DNA from: Candidatus Bathyarchaeota archaeon | Lineage (GTDB): Archaea > Thermoproteota > Bathyarchaeia > TCS64 | Direction of reading: 5' to 3' | Assembly (NCBI GenBank): GCA_963771885.1 | Contig: CAVYVF010000007.1 | Span: 64,001-128,000, forward strand | Length of the DNA: 64,000 nucleotides | In this document: one piece after another, positions 10,512 through 20,458 of the stretch | How the letters are laid out: every line of letters starts with the position of its first letter | Position numbering within the stretch: the first letter of the stretch is position 1 | Notes under the pieces: generated by a model | The model's database searches: none | Told to the model about the DNA's origin: nothing | What the model saw: the letters and a program-made list of their open reading frames with translations, nothing else | Position numbers and translations under genes: made by a program

Positions 10512-11057
10512 TCAGACCTTCTCCGGAGGTAGCAGCCTCCAGAACGGCACCCAGCGCCCCGTCTTCAGGTTATAGAACCAGGACTCGTCGACTTTCTTCA
10601 GAAGCCGCTCCGTTATAGCAGCAATCAATGGGTAGTATGTATTCTCCACCTCGACGCTCGCCGAATCCACGGGGACCAGCCCAGCCCCGTATTCCTCGGC
10701 ACGGTCCTTCAACGCTGTGCAGGTCATATCGAAGGTCTTCACAACCCTCAGCCCCTGACTCATCACGGGGACGAATGGGTAGGACCTACAGATGGCGGGG
10801 CGGTAAGCGTGCATGAAGCAGCCGCCGAGCCCCCTATGCGGGCATGAGCTCCGACGCATCTGATATGCTATTACCTCGAAGCTAGGGTCCTTCGGGTTCC
10901 TGCCTACCCCGTAGGCGGGTCTCACGTCCCCTTTCCTGAACAACTCGACCTCGCCGGGGAGGAGTGGCAGCCCCTTACGGACACCTTGCCTGTCTATGAG
11001 GAGCCTGTTGCAGCAGACGCCGCAGTTGGCGCAGCGGTACACTATCGGCTTCAGCAA
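10512..11057 (-). CDS. YkgJ/UPF0153-family Cys-cluster (Zn/Fe-binding) protein
   Basis: CANCGVCC...CPH...C.MH.YRPAICRSYPF. Confidence 0.85.
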   Translation of the reverse strand: MLKPIVYRCANCGVCCNRLLIDRQGVRKGLPLLPGEVELFRKGDVRPAYGVGRNPKDPSFEVIAYQMRRSSCPHRGLGGCFMHAYRPAICRSYPFVPVMSQGLRVVKTFDMTCTALKDRAEEYGAGLVPVDSASVEVENTYYPLIAAITERLLKKVDESWFYNLKTGRWVPFWRLLPPEKV

Positions 11058-11061
11058 TCCG

Positions 11062-11358
11062 CTAGAGCCTCTCCAACTTGAAGACCACTGGGCGCATCCC
11101 GTCGCTGCAGCAGCTTATCATGACACCCTTCTCACGTACCCATGGGAAGTCGCCGCCGAGGGCTAGGTGGGTAACGTCCCTGTGTATGTCTGCCCAAGCC
11201 CTCCCACAGAAACCTGCGGGCATCTGCATGTCCTTCGACATATATACGCCATCCATCTTCACGCACTCCGGCGTCAAAGTCGCCGAGGCGTACCTGTCGA
11301 AGACCTCACCCATTCTCACCTTTTGCAGCACTGAAATTCTGACGTCCCTTCCGACCAT
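11062..11358 (-). CDS. TIGR04076-like small protein
   Basis: PAGFCGRAW...ISCCSDGMRPVVFKLER pattern. Confidence 0.75.
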   Translation of the reverse strand: MVGRDVRISVLQKVRMGEVFDRYASATLTPECVKMDGVYMSKDMQMPAGFCGRAWADIHRDVTHLALGGDFPWVREKGVMISCCSDGMRPVVFKLERL

Positions 11359-11427
11359 ACAGGGAACACCGTTTCAACGCGTATTTTATGCTACCTAAGA
11401 ATGAGGTAGGAATCTATCACTGTTTGT

Positions 11428-11504
11428 TGGTGCCGCTGGTGTGATTTGAACACACAACCCCTCGGTCTTCAGCCGAGCGCTCTCCCAGGCTGAGCTACAG
11501 CGGC
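11428..11504 (-). tRNA. tRNA-Phe(GAA), intron-less, CCA encoded
   Basis: Reverse complement GCCGCTGTAGCTCAGCCTGGGAGAGCGCTCGGCTGAAGACCGAG...GTTCAAATCACACCAGCGGCACCA. Confidence 0.95.
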
Positions 11505-11611
11505 GCGACAAACCATAGGCTGGGGGATTTGATATAAAGATTTTCGTCAGGCTGGGCTGGCTGAGGGCTCCATGCAAAACAATAAAAGCCGTGGGGGGAA
11601 AGGGAGACAAA

Positions 11612-12112
11612 TTGGAACCCCCTTCACCGGATGCTAATAGGCTGGTCGATGACATCTACCCCAGCTACGCGGGCTACACCCCCATACAGAGTGCCCTGAT
11701 ACCCATCCTCCAGGAGATACAGAAGAAGGCGGGGTACCTCCCCCCTGCTTCTCTGGCGCGCGTAGCGGAGCTGCTACACATCCCCCCGAGCCAGGTCTAC
11801 GGCGTCGCCACATTCTATCACCAGTTCCGCCTCCGCCCCAAGGGGGAGCACCTAATCACGGTCTGTAGAGGGACCGCCTGCCATGTCAAGGGGTCGCAGG
11901 ACACCATCAACTACATCAACCAGCAGCTCGGCATCAAGGCGCCTCAGGACACGTCGCCGGACGGCGCCTTCACCGTCCAGCAGGTCAGGTGCCTCGGTGC
12001 ATGCGGACTCGCCCCTGTGATAAAGGTCGATGAAACCGTCTACGGGAAGGTCGACCACGCGAAGATCAGGGGCATCCTGAAGGCGATCAGGAAGGGAGGT
12101 AAACCGGAGTGA
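11612..12112 (+). CDS. NuoE/HydC-like [2Fe-2S] diaphorase subunit
   Basis: VYGVATFYHQF, VCRGTACHVKG, RCLGACGLAP. Confidence 0.93.
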   Translation: MEPPSPDANRLVDDIYPSYAGYTPIQSALIPILQEIQKKAGYLPPASLARVAELLHIPPSQVYGVATFYHQFRLRPKGEHLITVCRGTACHVKGSQDTINYINQQLGIKAPQDTSPDGAFTVQQVRCLGACGLAPVIKVDETVYGKVDHAKIRGILKAIRKGGKPE

Positions 12113-13959
12113 ACGGGCTGATGGACCGCTGCGACAAGGATGATACGCTATACGGGGCTGGAGGCATCAGGGTCACCGTCGGGATGAGCACGTGCGGGCT
12201 CGCCTCGGGCGCTCAGGCCGTTTACGACGCGCTCCACGGGGAGTTTGCCCGGAGAGGACTGCACGCGAAGCTTGTCCCCGTTGGGTGCATGGGCTCCTGC
12301 TACGCTGAGGTCATCGTCGAGGTGACCCGGAAGGGCTACCCCACAGCGATATACAGCGACGTGACGCCCACGAAAGTGCCGGATATCCTCGACTCCTATC
12401 TATCGGGGGACGTATCCGGCGCACTTGCACTCAGATCCAAGACCGGGAAGATGAGGGGCGAGGAGACGGTTCCGCTCATAGAAGAGCTGCCCTTCTTTAG
12501 GCACCAGACGAGGAGGGTGCTAAAGAACTGCGGGGTCATCGACCCCGAGTCAATCGACGAGTACATCATCGCAGGCGGCTACCGCGCCCTCTCAAGGGTC
12601 CTCAAGGAGATGACCCCGGAGCAGGTGATAGCAGAGGTCTCCGCCTCCGGGCTCAGGGGGCGCGGAGGGGCGGGCTTCCCCGCGGGGCTCAAATGGAAGT
12701 TCTGCAGGCAGGTCCCCGGCGAGACCAAATACATGATCTGCAACGCGGACGAGGGCGACCCCGGGGCATTCATGAACCGCCTTACGGTCGAGGGCGATCC
12801 CCACAAGGTGCTTGAGGGACTGATAATCGCGGGCTATGCCATCGGTGCACACGAGGGCTACATATTCGTACGCGCCGAGAAGCCTCTCATGGCTGAGCGC
12901 CTTGAGACCGCCATCGCGCAGGCGAGGAAGAACGATCTACTAGGGAACAACATCCTCGGCTCGGGCTTCGGCTTCGACGTTAAGATAATGCTGAGTGCGG
13001 GTGCCTTCGTATGCGGTGAGGAGACGGCGCTCATCGCGGCGATCGAGGGCAAGAGGGCGATGCCCCGGGCGCGCCCGCCGTTCCCCGCCACGCAGGGGCT
13101 GTGGGACAAGCCCACCACGATAAACAATGTCGAGACGCTCGCACACGTCCCTCTCATACTCGCCGAAGGCGCGAAGGAGTATGCTGGCGTCGGCTCTGAG
13201 AAGAGCAAGGGAACCAAGGTCTACTGCCTCGCCGGCGACGTGGAGCGCACCGGCGCCGCCGAGGTCCCTATAGGGACAACCATCAGGAGGCTCGTCTTCG
13301 ATATCGGAGGTGGCGTCCCATTCGGGAAGAAGTTCAAGGCGATACAGATCGGCGGACCCAGCGGCGGCTGCCTCCCCGAGAAGTTCCTCGACCTCCCCCT
13401 CGACTACGAGTCGCTGCAGTCGGCGGGCGCCATCATGGGCTCCGGCGGCATCGTCATAATCGACGAGGACACGTGCATCGTCGACCTCGCCAAGTACTTC
13501 CTCAACTTCACCACCGCCGAGTCCTGCGGGAAGTGCTCCCCGTGCAGGATAGGGCTGCAGAGGATGCTCGAAACCATCACCAGAATCACCGAAGGTAACG
13601 GTACTGATGCGGACCTCGCCGCGCTGCGCGACATATCCGTCGCCGTGGCAGACTCGAGCCTCTGCGCCTTAGGGCGCACGGCGCCTAATCCAGTACTCAG
13701 CACCATGAAGTACTTCCCCGAGGAGTACCAGGCACACGTCGAGGAGAAGCGCTGCCCCGCCCACGCCTGCGTAGCGATGAACAAGGGCTACGCGGTCGAT
13801 GAGGCGGAGTGCAAGGGCTGCGGGCTCTGCGCCAGTAAATGCCCGACGAACTCGATAAACGTCGAAGCCATGAAGGCGAGCATAGACGCCGCCAAGTGCA
13901 TCAGATGCGGGCAATGCGTAAACGAGTGTCCCTTCGGGGCGATTAAGGAGGTGTGGTGA
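12109..13959 (+). CDS. NuoF/HydB-like FMN/NAD(H)-binding subunit with N-terminal [2Fe-2S] domain and C-terminal 2x[4Fe-4S]
   Basis: SGLRGRGGAGFP, CNADEGDPGAF, GAFVCGEETAL, ESCGKCSPCR, two CxxCxxCxxxCP at C-term. Confidence 0.95.
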   Translation: MNGLMDRCDKDDTLYGAGGIRVTVGMSTCGLASGAQAVYDALHGEFARRGLHAKLVPVGCMGSCYAEVIVEVTRKGYPTAIYSDVTPTKVPDILDSYLSGDVSGALALRSKTGKMRGEETVPLIEELPFFRHQTRRVLKNCGVIDPESIDEYIIAGGYRALSRVLKEMTPEQVIAEVSASGLRGRGGAGFPAGLKWKFCRQVPGETKYMICNADEGDPGAFMNRLTVEGDPHKVLEGLIIAGYAIGAHEGYIFVRAEKPLMAERLETAIAQARKNDLLGNNILGSGFGFDVKIMLSAGAFVCGEETALIAAIEGKRAMPRARPPFPATQGLWDKPTTINNVETLAHVPLILAEGAKEYAGVGSEKSKGTKVYCLAGDVERTGAAEVPIGTTIRRLVFDIGGGVPFGKKFKAIQIGGPSGGCLPEKFLDLPLDYESLQSAGAIMGSGGIVIIDEDTCIVDLAKYFLNFTTAESCGKCSPCRIGLQRMLETITRITEGNGTDADLAALRDISVAVADSSLCALGRTAPNPVLSTMKYFPEEYQAHVEEKRCPAHACVAMNKGYAVDEAECKGCGLCASKCPTNSINVEAMKASIDAAKCIRCGQCVNECPFGAIKEVW

Positions 13960-14790
13960 TTGAGCATCGAGATAACCATAGACGGGCGCAAGGTCAAGTG
14001 CGAGCCGAACCAGTCGATCCTCGACGTCGCTGAGGCGAATGGGATACACATCCCGACGCTCTGCCACCACCCTCACCTCAGAGCCACTGGCGCGTGCAGG
14101 ATGTGTGTCATCGATCTCGGGCGCCCCGACAGGCTCGAAGCAGCCTGCACGACCCCGGTCGCCCCTAACATGGTCGTCAACACAGCAAACGACAGGGTCA
14201 CGAGGGCGAGGAAGACGACCCTCGAACTCATCCTCTCCAACCTCGGCGTCGAACCAGAGGCGCTAAAAAAGAGCGACGGGAACAAGCTGCTGGAGCTAGC
14301 AAAGGAGCTTGGCGTCGACACGCAAGCCCTCAGGTTCAAGCCGCCGAAGGCGGAGCCGAGACAGGTCGACAGCCGTAACCCCGTCATCATCAGGGACAGG
14401 GACAGGTGTATACTCTGCGGGCGCTGCGTGAGTGCATGCAACGAGCTTCGCCACTACGGCGTCCTCAACTTCGAGGGGCGCGGGTACAACACGGACGTGG
14501 TCTCAGGCCTCGTCGAGCCGCTCCTAGAGTCTGGCTGCGCCTCGTGCGGCGAGTGCGTCGAGGTCTGCCCTACGGGTGCCTTCAAGACGCTGGCGAAGGA
14601 GCTAGTGCAAGGCGAGGTCGACACCCTCATCGAGACGGGTTTGGCCTTGCCCTCCTCGGCTGCGACGCAGTCGGCGAGGAGCAGGCTCGGGTTACCACCC
14701 ATCGATAACAGTGGCGCAGGTGACCTGCCCAAGATCGCGCGTAAAACTAGGCTTCAATGCAAGACCGTTAAGGAGGCTGAAACGCAGTGA
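13960..14790 (+). CDS. NuoG/HydA-N-like Fe-S subunit ([2Fe-2S] + 2x[4Fe-4S]) with HdrC-like C-terminal tail; no catalytic domain
   Basis: IPTLC...GACRMC...ACTT; CILCGRCVSAC; CASCGECVEVCPTGA. Confidence 0.9.
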   Translation: MSIEITIDGRKVKCEPNQSILDVAEANGIHIPTLCHHPHLRATGACRMCVIDLGRPDRLEAACTTPVAPNMVVNTANDRVTRARKTTLELILSNLGVEPEALKKSDGNKLLELAKELGVDTQALRFKPPKAEPRQVDSRNPVIIRDRDRCILCGRCVSACNELRHYGVLNFEGRGYNTDVVSGLVEPLLESGCASCGECVEVCPTGAFKTLAKELVQGEVDTLIETGLALPSSAATQSARSRLGLPPIDNSGAGDLPKIARKTRLQCKTVKEAETQ

Positions 14791-15674
14791 CACACAGCTA
14801 CGCCTTCTTCACAGGGTGCCAGATGCCCATCCGCCAGCCCCACATCGAGTACGTCACGAGGAAGATAATGCCAGAGCTCGGCGTCGAGCTGGTCGACGTC
14901 AAGGGCTTCACATGCTGCCCCGAGCCCGTCGCCGTGGGTCTCCAGGACAGATTCGCCTCGACCGCCATCGCGGCGCGGAACATCGCCGTCGCCGAGGAGC
15001 AGGGAGCAGACCTCATGACAGCCTGCAACGGCTGCTACTTCACGCTCAGGCACGCGGTCGAGGAGCTCCGTGACGCGGGGACGAGGGTTAAGGTGAACGA
15101 GGCACTCGCCGAGACCGGGCACACATACCGAGGAACCGCTTCCGTCAAGCACTTCGCACAGGTTCTCAGGGACGACGTGGGCATCGAGGCGATCAGGCGC
15201 GCGTCAAAGCACCAGCTAACCGGGCTGAACGTCGCTGCGCACACGGGGTGCCACTTCTCAAACCGCATGGGCGAGGACGCCAAGCTCCTCGACACGCTCA
15301 TAGAGGCGACGGGGGCAAAATCGATAGCTTACGAGGATAAGAACCTCTGCTGCGGCTGGACGCTCGGCACCTACGGGAAGCCCGAGGAGGGCTACGCGTG
15401 GCTCAAGAAGAGGCTCGACTCCATGAAGGCGGGAGGAGCAGAATGCATCGCCGTAATCTGTCCCCAGTGCCTGCAGCAGTTCGACATGGGGCAGCTCATA
15501 GCGTCGAGGAAGGTCCAGTTAGCATACAAGCTACCCGCCCTCTTCTACCTGCAACTACTCGGGGTCGCCATGGGGCACACGCCGGAGGAGATGCAACTCA
15601 GTGCTGACAGGGTCAAGGAACCCGCCCTCGACGAGAAACTGAGGAAACTGCGGCGCCTGAGTCCCCGCAAGTGA
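14787..15674 (+). CDS. hdrB: Heterodisulfide reductase subunit B (two CCG domains)
   Basis: FFTGC...TCCPEP...ACNGCY and HTGCH...LCCG...ICPQCLQQFD. Confidence 0.92.
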   Translation: MTHSYAFFTGCQMPIRQPHIEYVTRKIMPELGVELVDVKGFTCCPEPVAVGLQDRFASTAIAARNIAVAEEQGADLMTACNGCYFTLRHAVEELRDAGTRVKVNEALAETGHTYRGTASVKHFAQVLRDDVGIEAIRRASKHQLTGLNVAAHTGCHFSNRMGEDAKLLDTLIEATGAKSIAYEDKNLCCGWTLGTYGKPEEGYAWLKKRLDSMKAGGAECIAVICPQCLQQFDMGQLIASRKVQLAYKLPALFYLQLLGVAMGHTPEEMQLSADRVKEPALDEKLRKLRRLSPRK

Positions 15675-15702
15675 TTTCAGGGGTCACCGGCACCATTCTA
15701 CC

Positions 15703-17720
15703 ATGTTCAAGAGGGTCTACGAGGAGCTGAGCCGCGAGGTCTCTGGCGAGATAGCATTCAATCACGTCGCCGAGGTCTCGCGCCACCACAGGATTCAGGT
15801 CAGCCCCGGCATCAGGGCGGCGGTCAACTACGCGACGGAGACGCTGAAGGGCTACGGCCTCGGCGTCGAGATAAGGCGCTACAAGTCAGACGGTAAGGCT
15901 CTCGCTTGGAGCAGCCCCATGTTCAAGGAGTGGAGCTGCGACGGCGCGGAGCTGAAACTCATCGAGCCCGCGGGGGAGGCGCGGTTCCTCGCCCGCTTCA
16001 GCGAGAACAAGATGAGTATAATCCAGCGCAGCCTGCCGACTCCCAAGGGAGGCGTCGACGCTGAGGTCGTCATCCTCAGGAAGGGCGAGGAGGAGTCCGA
16101 CTACAAGGGGCTCGACCTCAAGGGGAAGGTCGTCCTCACGGACGGCGACGTGTCACGCGTCAGAGACCTCGCCGTCGGTCGCCACGGAGCCCTGGGCATC
16201 CTCTACGACGGTATGTGGCTCAGGGAGCCCAACCTCAGGGAAGGCGAGCTCGACGACGCGATGAAGTACACGAGCTTCTGGTGGTACGGCGACGAGGCGC
16301 CGTGCTGGGGCTTCGTCCTCACGCCCCGGACGGGGCGCTGGCTGCGTAGGCTCGTCGAGAAGAGCAAGACTCCAGTCAAGGTCCACGCGGAGGTCGACTC
16401 GAGGCTCTACCCCGGGGAGATGGAGAACTGCGTAGCGACCATCCCTGGCGAGTCGAAGGAGCTGGTCGTCGTCATCGCCCACATCTGCCACCCACAGCCG
16501 AGCGCGAACGATAACGCCTCGGGTACAGGCGCCGCGATGGAGGCGGCGAGGGCGCTGCAGAGGCTGGTCGCTTCGGGGAAGCTGGCGAAGCCCAGGAGGA
16601 GCATAGTGTTCACCCTCGTCCCCGAGATGTCAGGCACCTACCCGTACCTCGCAGAGAACGAGGCGCGGATATCCGACATGGTCGCGGCTCTCAACCTCGA
16701 TATGGTGGGTGAGAACCAGAACCTATGCGGAGGCCCCCTCATCGTGGAGAGGACGCCTGAGTCGTGCCCCAGCTACGTGAACAGCCTCATGGAGTCCATC
16801 TACGACTCGGTGAAGAATGAGGCGAAGAACCTCGGAGGCACAAGCAGCTACGCTCTATTCAAGCACGCGGTGACGCCCTTCAGCGGCGGGAGCGACCACT
16901 ACGTCTACAGCGACCCTACCGTCGGCGTCGCCTGCCCCATGATGATACAGTGGCCTGACAAGTTCTACCACACTAGCGCCGACACCATTGACAAGGTTGA
17001 CCCCGAGATGCTCAGGAAGGTGGCGTTGATGACGGCGACCTACGCATACTTCATCGCCGATGCAGGAGCGGAAGAGGCGCTCTGGCTAGCCTCGGAGACC
17101 GCGTCGCGTGAGAAGCGCGCCATCATGCAGAGGATACAAGACGCTGTGACGACCGCGTCAAACGGCGATGTGGAAGAGTGCGTCCGAGGAGCTTCTAAAA
17201 CTGAGGGACCGAGTTGACTACTGGACTGGGCGAGCCGCTGAGGCGGTGATGTCCACCAAGCGTCTCGCGCTAAAGGACAAACGCCTAGACTCAGTCATCA
17301 CAGAGCTGGTCGCTAACCTCGAATCATCAACCAAGGCTGAGAGGAGAAACGCCGAGGCGGCGATCAGGAGGCTCGCCGAGGCGAAGGGCTGGACGCTCAA
17401 GCCGAGGAGTAAGAGGCTAACCAAGCTAGAGAAGGAAGCCACAGACGATCATTCCCGTGAGAAAGTTCAAGGGCCCCGTGTCGACGCGCCAGTGGGTGCG
17501 CAAGCTCTCCCCCGAGGACCGCGAAGCCTTCTACAGGTTCGGGAAGCAGCACAAGGAGGCTTCGGGCATGGAGACCCTTGCCGTCTACTGGGCTGATGGG
17601 AAGAGAAGCCTACTTGAGATCGCGCGCCTTGTTGAGCTGGAGTCGGGGAGGAGCGATCTTCCTTACCTCGTCGGCTACTTCGGATTCATTGAGAAGATGG
17701 GGCTCGTCTCCCTCCGGTAA
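15703..17720 (+). CDS. DUF4910/M28-like metallopeptidase with PA-like insert and C-terminal wHTH (two frameshifts near 17185 and 17445)
   Basis: AHICHPQPSANDNASG, VPEMSG, NLDMVG, GGSDH, YHTSADT; C-term WADGKRSLLEIA. Confidence 0.82.
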
Positions 17721-17757
17721 CCTTTATACGATCCATCCGAGGTATGGATGCTTGGTC

Positions 17758-17833
17758 GGGCCGGTGGTCTAGTGGTTATGACATCGCCTTGACATGGCGG
17801 GGGTCGCAGGTCCGACTCCTGCCCGGCCCACCA
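17758..17833 (+). tRNA. tRNA-Val(GAC), intron-less, CCA encoded
   Basis: Acceptor GGGCCGG/CCGGCCC-A-CCA; anticodon arm TCGCC-TT-GAC-AT-GGCGG; TTTATA box upstream. Confidence 0.95.
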
Positions 17834-17924
17834 CCCATTTTTCTATTATCTCAGTGTTAGTATCTAGAAAATTTGGAATATTAAACCCCTCTAATCACAC
17901 ACGCGAACCGTAAATATATTATAC

Positions 17925-17944
17925 GTCAACCCATATACGTTGAC
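17925..17944. promoter_or_regulatory. Inverted repeat GTCAAC-N8-GTTGAC, putative operator
   Basis: Perfect 6-bp arms between a TATA-like tract (~17911) and the ATG at 17947 of an HTH gene. Confidence 0.55.
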
Positions 17945-17946
17945 AT

Positions 17947-18420
17947 ATGAGCTTCTCATCAGCCTACCTCACACCGCGTGAAACGGGCATATGGGACCTA
18001 AGACGGAGAAGCAATACCCAGTCCGAGATAGGGCGATTGCTCGGTATCAGCAGGCAGGCGGCTCATAAGTCGCTGCGGGAGATCGATGAGAAGGTTGAGA
18101 AGGCATTCAATGAGGCTGCAAAGACCAATAACCTCGAAGTTAGAAAAATCGACCTCATCCATGGACTGATGGAAGCATATAGTCCAACCCATAAGCTACC
18201 TGTCTTCGTGAGCTTATCGAAGGCCAATGGTCTGAGGGTCTGGTATATGCATGAGGGGAACTGCAGCTCATGTGGGTATGAACGGGACTGTAGGATGTTC
18301 CTGGAAAAGGAAGCTGATGAGCGAAGCGTGTCTCTAAACTCGGAAGAGCGAGCTATGCCACCTACTCTGCTGGCTCTCAGAGTCTTCCCAGTCAGCAAGG
18401 AGGAGACGAAGGTTGGCTAA
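17947..18420 (+). CDS. HTH DNA-binding protein with C-terminal Cys/His motif
   Basis: TQSEIGRLLGISRQAAHK helix-turn-helix; HEGNCSSC...C. Confidence 0.8.
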   Translation: MSFSSAYLTPRETGIWDLRRRSNTQSEIGRLLGISRQAAHKSLREIDEKVEKAFNEAAKTNNLEVRKIDLIHGLMEAYSPTHKLPVFVSLSKANGLRVWYMHEGNCSSCGYERDCRMFLEKEADERSVSLNSEERAMPPTLLALRVFPVSKEETKVG

Positions 18421-20123
18421 GAAGAGGCAGGCGAGACCAGATGACGCCTGCCCGTTCCCGCCTGGAGTGGACTTGCCTGGGAAACCCCGATCATCAATTA
18501 TCTCAGCTTCTATATTCGCTGATCCGAGGTTCGTCACATCAGCCCTAGTAGTGGCGGGAATAATCTTCATCCTCGGATTTACGCTGGTCCCGCCACCAGT
18601 CATCAAGCTACCTGGTGAACCAAGCATCTGGAGCTCCGCAACACCCGTCGGAGAGGGGACAGACTCTGCTGAGAGGCCAGAGCAGTGGATACCCAAGCAT
18701 CAGAACGTCACGACGATCAATGACGACATCATCCTTAGCGGCGAGGAGACATATACCATTGAAAACGGATCATACTATCTTCTCGGATCAATATTCGTTA
18801 AAGACAATGCGAAGCTGATCATCAGAAATGCCGACATCTCGATAAGATATAAAAGCGGATACTCGCAGGAAAACCCAATTCAAACAGCTTACAACGGGTT
18901 ACTTATCGGAAACGCGACGCTAGAAGTCCTCAACTCAACCATCTATTACCCTAAACCCGGTGAGGCAATAATTGGCCTCTACGAAAACAGCAGCTGCAAA
19001 ATCGTGGACTCTGACCTACCACTATTAAACATCAACCAGATGCGGAACTCAAACCTGGAGCTGGACGGATCAAGGGTTAGGTACATTGTCAGTGGGGAGA
19101 ACGCTAAGACTAGATTAAACTCAAGCGACGTGTATGCTATGTGGCCTGTTCAATTTGACTTTGGCGGAGTATACGATGACAGGGAGCCGAAGCTCGGGGA
19201 ATTAAAGCTCGATGCCCAGGACACGAGGATAATCTGGCTTACAACCTTCAACCGCAACTCGACAATTAACGTTAGTAAGTCCCTCAGCGGATATCGCGAT
19301 AGCTGGAGCAGCTGAGAAATTGCCTCCAGTGGGACTGGGCTCGACATCAATCTGACTCGGTGTAACGTTTCGCATTATCAGATCTGGGTAGAGAGGAGGC
19401 AACGTTACCGTCACTAACGTCGATGATCTGTACAGTGTTTTGGTGCGGTGGGGTAACCTCAAGATTTCCAATTGCTCGTTAGTACATTTATCAGCGGGTG
19501 GACAGGGAACCATCTATAACTGCCTAGTTCAGGTTTTGAACATGTTTCAGGGAGAATTTCAGGTATCAGACTGCAAGGTAAATGACCTCTACCTCAACTC
19601 CCTCCACGGAGTATTGACGCTTAACCGCGTCATGACCAACAAGCTAACTGGCCACGACTTCAACTGCACGATAACTGGAGGTTTTGTTATTGAGAATACG
19701 ACCAGTCCCTGGCTTCAAGGCCACTCGCAGGTGACGCGGAGCTACCCCATACAGGTGTTGAATGCTGAGAGGGCGGCCCCCAATGTGGAGCTTGAGATAT
19801 TCAATTCAACTGGGCAAACGCTCTGGAAGGGATCGACAGATAACCTCGGCTCCGCTACGGCGTCAATTACCTATTATCAAAATCTTCGGATCAACGACCT
19901 GCCTGAGAAGCCGGGCCTCAAGGATACGTTGAGGCTTGTAGTTAAGAATGGATTAGAGTCTAGGGAAACTGAGATTGGCCTGATGAGTGATACGCCTGTC
20001 GTTGTGACGTTCCCTGAGGCGGAGGCTCCGTTTTGGTCTCAGGGGTGGTTCATTCAAGGGCTTTCCATTATCTTGGCTGTATCAGTGGTCGCTCTTTTTT
20101 TGGTGAAGAGAAGGTTGAACTGA
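18413..20123 (+). CDS. Membrane-anchored surface protein, beta-helix-like (in-frame TGA at 19313 and frameshift near 19395; possibly a pseudogene)
   Basis: N-terminal TM, Asn/Ile/Ser-rich body, C-terminal TM followed by KRR. Confidence 0.6.
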
Positions 20124-20131
20124 TGTGTGGT

Positions 20132-20327
20132 CTATCTGGAGGCTGGAGCCATTTTCTCCACCATCTCCAAGTAGATTTCAGTGGCGGTCTTGGCGCGTCT
20201 GAGAACAGCTTCATCAAACCGTCCGTCTGTCTCAATTAAGGTCTCAATATAATCATCGAAAACGCCCTTGTTACAGAGCATATCTATGATCTCATCCTCG
20301 TTGCGCGCACTAACTCTTCCTCTCCAT
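20132..20327 (-). CDS. Possible small acidic hypothetical protein (start uncertain)
   Basis: Stop-free frame ...NEDEIIDMLCNKGVFDDYIETLIETDGRFDEAVLRRAKTATEIYLEMVEKMAPASR*; nearest upstream ATG out of frame. Confidence 0.3.
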
Positions 20328-20458
20328 GCTCTTTCACTACCCCGCGTTCGTGTAAGAGATAACCAACTGATTCATTAGTTGCCGCAGTATAGAAGATGAG
20401 GCCACAGTTTCGCTTTATAAAGTACTAGGGAAACAATCCGACAAGAACGGGTGATGAC

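Noticed and set aside
13960..14790. [FeFe]-hydrogenase or formate dehydrogenase alpha subunit
   Set aside because: The protein ends at 276 aa with no H-cluster or molybdopterin domain, and its stop overlaps the hdrB start.
19313..19315. In-frame TGA in the surface-protein gene as selenocysteine or readthrough
   Set aside because: Not a redox Cys context, no SECIS recognised, and a separate frameshift follows ~80 nt later. Error or nonsense mutation is more likely.
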